Shown one piece after another: positions 61,869-64,000 of a stretch of DNA of 64,000 nt. The DNA comes from Pelagomonas calceolata (taxonomy: Eukaryota). The translations under genes and the position numbers were made by a program. The notes under the pieces are model-generated. The model saw only the letters and a list, made by a program, of their open reading frames with translations, was not told the origin of the DNA and ran no database searches. Numbering within the stretch: the first letter of the stretch is position 1; each line of letters starts with the position of its first letter. The stretch is from contig CAKKNE010000004.1 of assembly GCA_918797485.1 (NCBI GenBank), positions 3,844,001 through 3,908,000 on the forward strand. The letters are read 5' to 3'.

Positions 61869-62108
61869 AATCACAAAGCAGCAGCAAAAAAAGGCCGAGC
61901 CGACCGCTGTGTTAACGCAGCGATCGGCAGACGCAGTCGAGGAGTTCGCTTCTCTAGCATCTGTCCTCTCCCGAAGCCCGTCGCTCCGGTGTGAGCCGCC
62001 GCAGTTTGCATTCGCAGCTCCTAGCTGGTGCGCCTAGGCTCTGTCCGAGCGGCACCAGGCGTCACCCTGGCGAGCCAACGCCGCGGCGCCGCCGCACAGA
62101 ACACGGCC

Positions 62109-63053
62109 ATGGCCGAGGAGGGCCGCGCGAGCCCGCCGACGAACGCCATCGGCGGCTGGAATCCGTTGGACAGCTCCGAGCTGCCGTCGTGGGACTCGAT
62201 CGCGTCGGCGACGCAGCGCGGTCTCGACGCGGCCGCCGCGCGCGCGGCCGAAGCTAAACAGAAGTCGCTGGAGCTGACCGCGACGGCGCGCGAGAACTTG
62301 TCTCCGCACCTCGCGAAGCTCGACGAGGCGACGGCGTCGGCGCGGACGCGGATCGCCGAGGACGCCTCGAACCTCGGGCGGCAGCTCTCGACAGCCTTCA
62401 CGCCACCTGCACAAGACGTGGAGAACCCTACCGTGGAGGACGAGAGCGGCGAGCAACCGGCGTCGTGGTGGGCCTCGCAGCCGCCGCAGGAAGGCGAGGA
62501 AAACGCGTCTCTGTTAGATAAAATGTCGTCCTTCGCGTCGGAGACGGGCAACAAATTGGCCGGGTCCTTCAAGGACGCGACGGAGGACCGCCAGGAGTGC
62601 GGCCTGACGCGGACGCAGCGGTTCCGGTGGTACGTCATCCTGTTAGGTGTTTCCACGCTGTTCTTCGGGCTGGCCTTGCAGTTCATCCCTTTGGCCGTCA
62701 TCAAACCGACGAAATTTGCGAGTGCGTTCTGCATCGGCACGATCTGCTCCGTGGCAGCAAAATTTATGCTCAATGGACCGAGGACGCAACTGCGGCTCAT
62801 GGTCGAGTGGCGCAAGCTGCCCTACTCGCTGGCGCTCGTCGCGTCGACGCTGCTTACTTTATATGCGTGCTTCGTGCTCGGCAACTTTTTCCTGGTCGTC
62901 GTCGCGTCGGCGTCGCAAGTTTGTGCATTACTGTACTACCTGTTCGGTGACACGCCGGGCGGCATCGCCGGCGTGAAGTTTCTGGGGAGGGTCATCGTGA
63001 AGACTTTTAGATTGATCCTGTCGCCGTGTATTGCTGCACTAAATGGTGATTGA
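62109..63053 (+). CDS. Vesicle transport protein SFT2-like (Got1/Sft2 family)
   Basis: GLTRTQRFRWY, KPTKFASAFCIG, LNGPRTQL, YYLFGDTPGG..G. Confidence 0.88.
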   Translation: MAEEGRASPPTNAIGGWNPLDSSELPSWDSIASATQRGLDAAAARAAEAKQKSLELTATARENLSPHLAKLDEATASARTRIAEDASNLGRQLSTAFTPPAQDVENPTVEDESGEQPASWWASQPPQEGEENASLLDKMSSFASETGNKLAGSFKDATEDRQECGLTRTQRFRWYVILLGVSTLFFGLALQFIPLAVIKPTKFASAFCIGTICSVAAKFMLNGPRTQLRLMVEWRKLPYSLALVASTLLTLYACFVLGNFFLVVVASASQVCALLYYLFGDTPGGIAGVKFLGRVIVKTFRLILSPCIAALNGD

Positions 63054-63075
63054 TATATTATACTTCTACGTAGTA

Positions 63076-63692
63076 TTAAGCCTGAGACCTGAAATCAGGT
63101 TCCTCCCCATACCTGTTACGGAGGTCGATGGTATAGCGAATCATCCGTGCGAACGTGATATGGACTTTGAAACTCTCTATCGCCGGGTGTGCCGGGCCCA
63201 GAATCCTCTTCGCCGCCTGGGCGTTATCTTTGAGTATAGCCACAGCCTCTACAATATCGCCTCGGGAAGAGACTGGGTTTCTATAGATGGCCTGACCGAG
63301 GCTCAAGTAGAGCCTTAGGGTCACTTCGTGGGCAGAACCGAGCACGCGCTCCACCAGTGGTAGATGCGCGCGCAGCAAGGACTCCACCTCCACAAATTGA
63401 CGTTGAAGGAGAAGTGAGTCCGTTAATCCGTTGAGTGCGGAGCCAGTCCGTATTGCATCGGATCTACTGAAACGAGCGTAATGTGCCTCACCGTAAAGCT
63501 CCTCCGTCATCGTAAAGGTCTCGCGATGCATTTTCAGGGCTTCGGCATCTCGGCGCAACAGAGAGAGACAGAACGCGATATTTGTGCGCGACTGCACTCT
63601 GTCGAGCAGTAGCGAGTCTCACATCGCACACAAGATGGGATGTCGTCGTGGGTTAGTGGCGCGGCGCACGCTGCACAATGGAGGAGGTCCAT
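63076..63692 (-). pseudogene. Disrupted MYND + TPR-like gene
   Basis: ATG 63692 gives a truncated MYND (CAAC..CVRC..YCSTEC). The TPR-like part (RVLGSAHEVT, RILGPAHP) is in another frame from about 63597. Confidence 0.55.
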
Positions 63693-63848
63693 CTCAGACT
63701 GGTACTGGGATAAATGGGCGATCAGACCGCGAGCAAAAGCGATCGAGTCGTCCTGTAAAACCCGTTTTAATCGCGCACACGCGACGCGCGCAATGCTCTG
63801 CTCGGCACCGTAACACAGAAAAATACTACTCGTCACAATTTATACAAG

Positions 63849-64000
63849 TCACCGTGGTAAGCGGATCGTTTCGAGCGCAGCCGCGGGGTCGTCGCTCTCG
63901 AGGGCCTCGAGCATCTTCGTCATCAACGCCTTCTGGCCGATTCGATAGGTCAGCGCGTGGAAGAGCCGTACCGATTCCACCCGCCACTCTCCGTAGCCTA
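63849..64000 (-). CDS. 3' end of a gene extending beyond the window
   Basis: Open frame ...LFHALTYRIGQKALMTKMLEALESDDPAAALETIRLPR*. Confidence 0.55.
   Translation of the reverse strand, partial: GYGEWRVESVRLFHALTYRIGQKALMTKMLEALESDDPAAALETIRLPR

Noticed and set aside
1..64000. Hundreds of overlapping Arg/Ala/Pro-rich ORFs in the six-frame track
   Set aside because: Shadow frames expected in high-GC coding DNA, with no recognisable motifs.

Overview
Gene-dense, high-GC eukaryotic nuclear DNA, most likely from a pelagophyte alga (Pelagomonas/Aureococcus-like). The basis is signal+transit-peptide leaders, spliceosomal introns, condensin/Mediator/UBL5 genes, and introner-type elements with 8-bp target-site duplications (TSDs). 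About 45 protein genes alternate between strands with very short spacers. No rRNA, tRNA, CRISPR array or autonomous transposase was recognised. Three non-coding systems stand out. (1) A family of short TIR elements (CTGTGTGGAAATCAA...TTGATTTCCACACAG, 8-bp TSD) forms precisely spliceable GT/GC-AG introns, in either orientation and at many stages of decay. (2) A 22-24 bp bipartite motif, GCTAGTGT(C/G)T(T/C)AC-N2-5-CGCTAGC, occurs as one copy in most upstream or divergent intergenic regions. I saw none in CDS or convergent spacers. (3) A 17-18 bp motif, TGTTACGGTGCTAGGAC(T), lies in sense orientation just after stop codons at tandem gene junctions. Unusual proteins include a PhnN + nucleoside-kinase fusion, a giant protein with a myristoylation motif, EF-hand-like region, repeats, cNMP domains and a pseudo-5'-nucleotidase, a PH-rhomboid, CAP-G with a SAP domain, a plastid-type citramalate synthase and an NGA/NPT aquaporin. 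All family calls come from motif recognition by eye, not from database searches.
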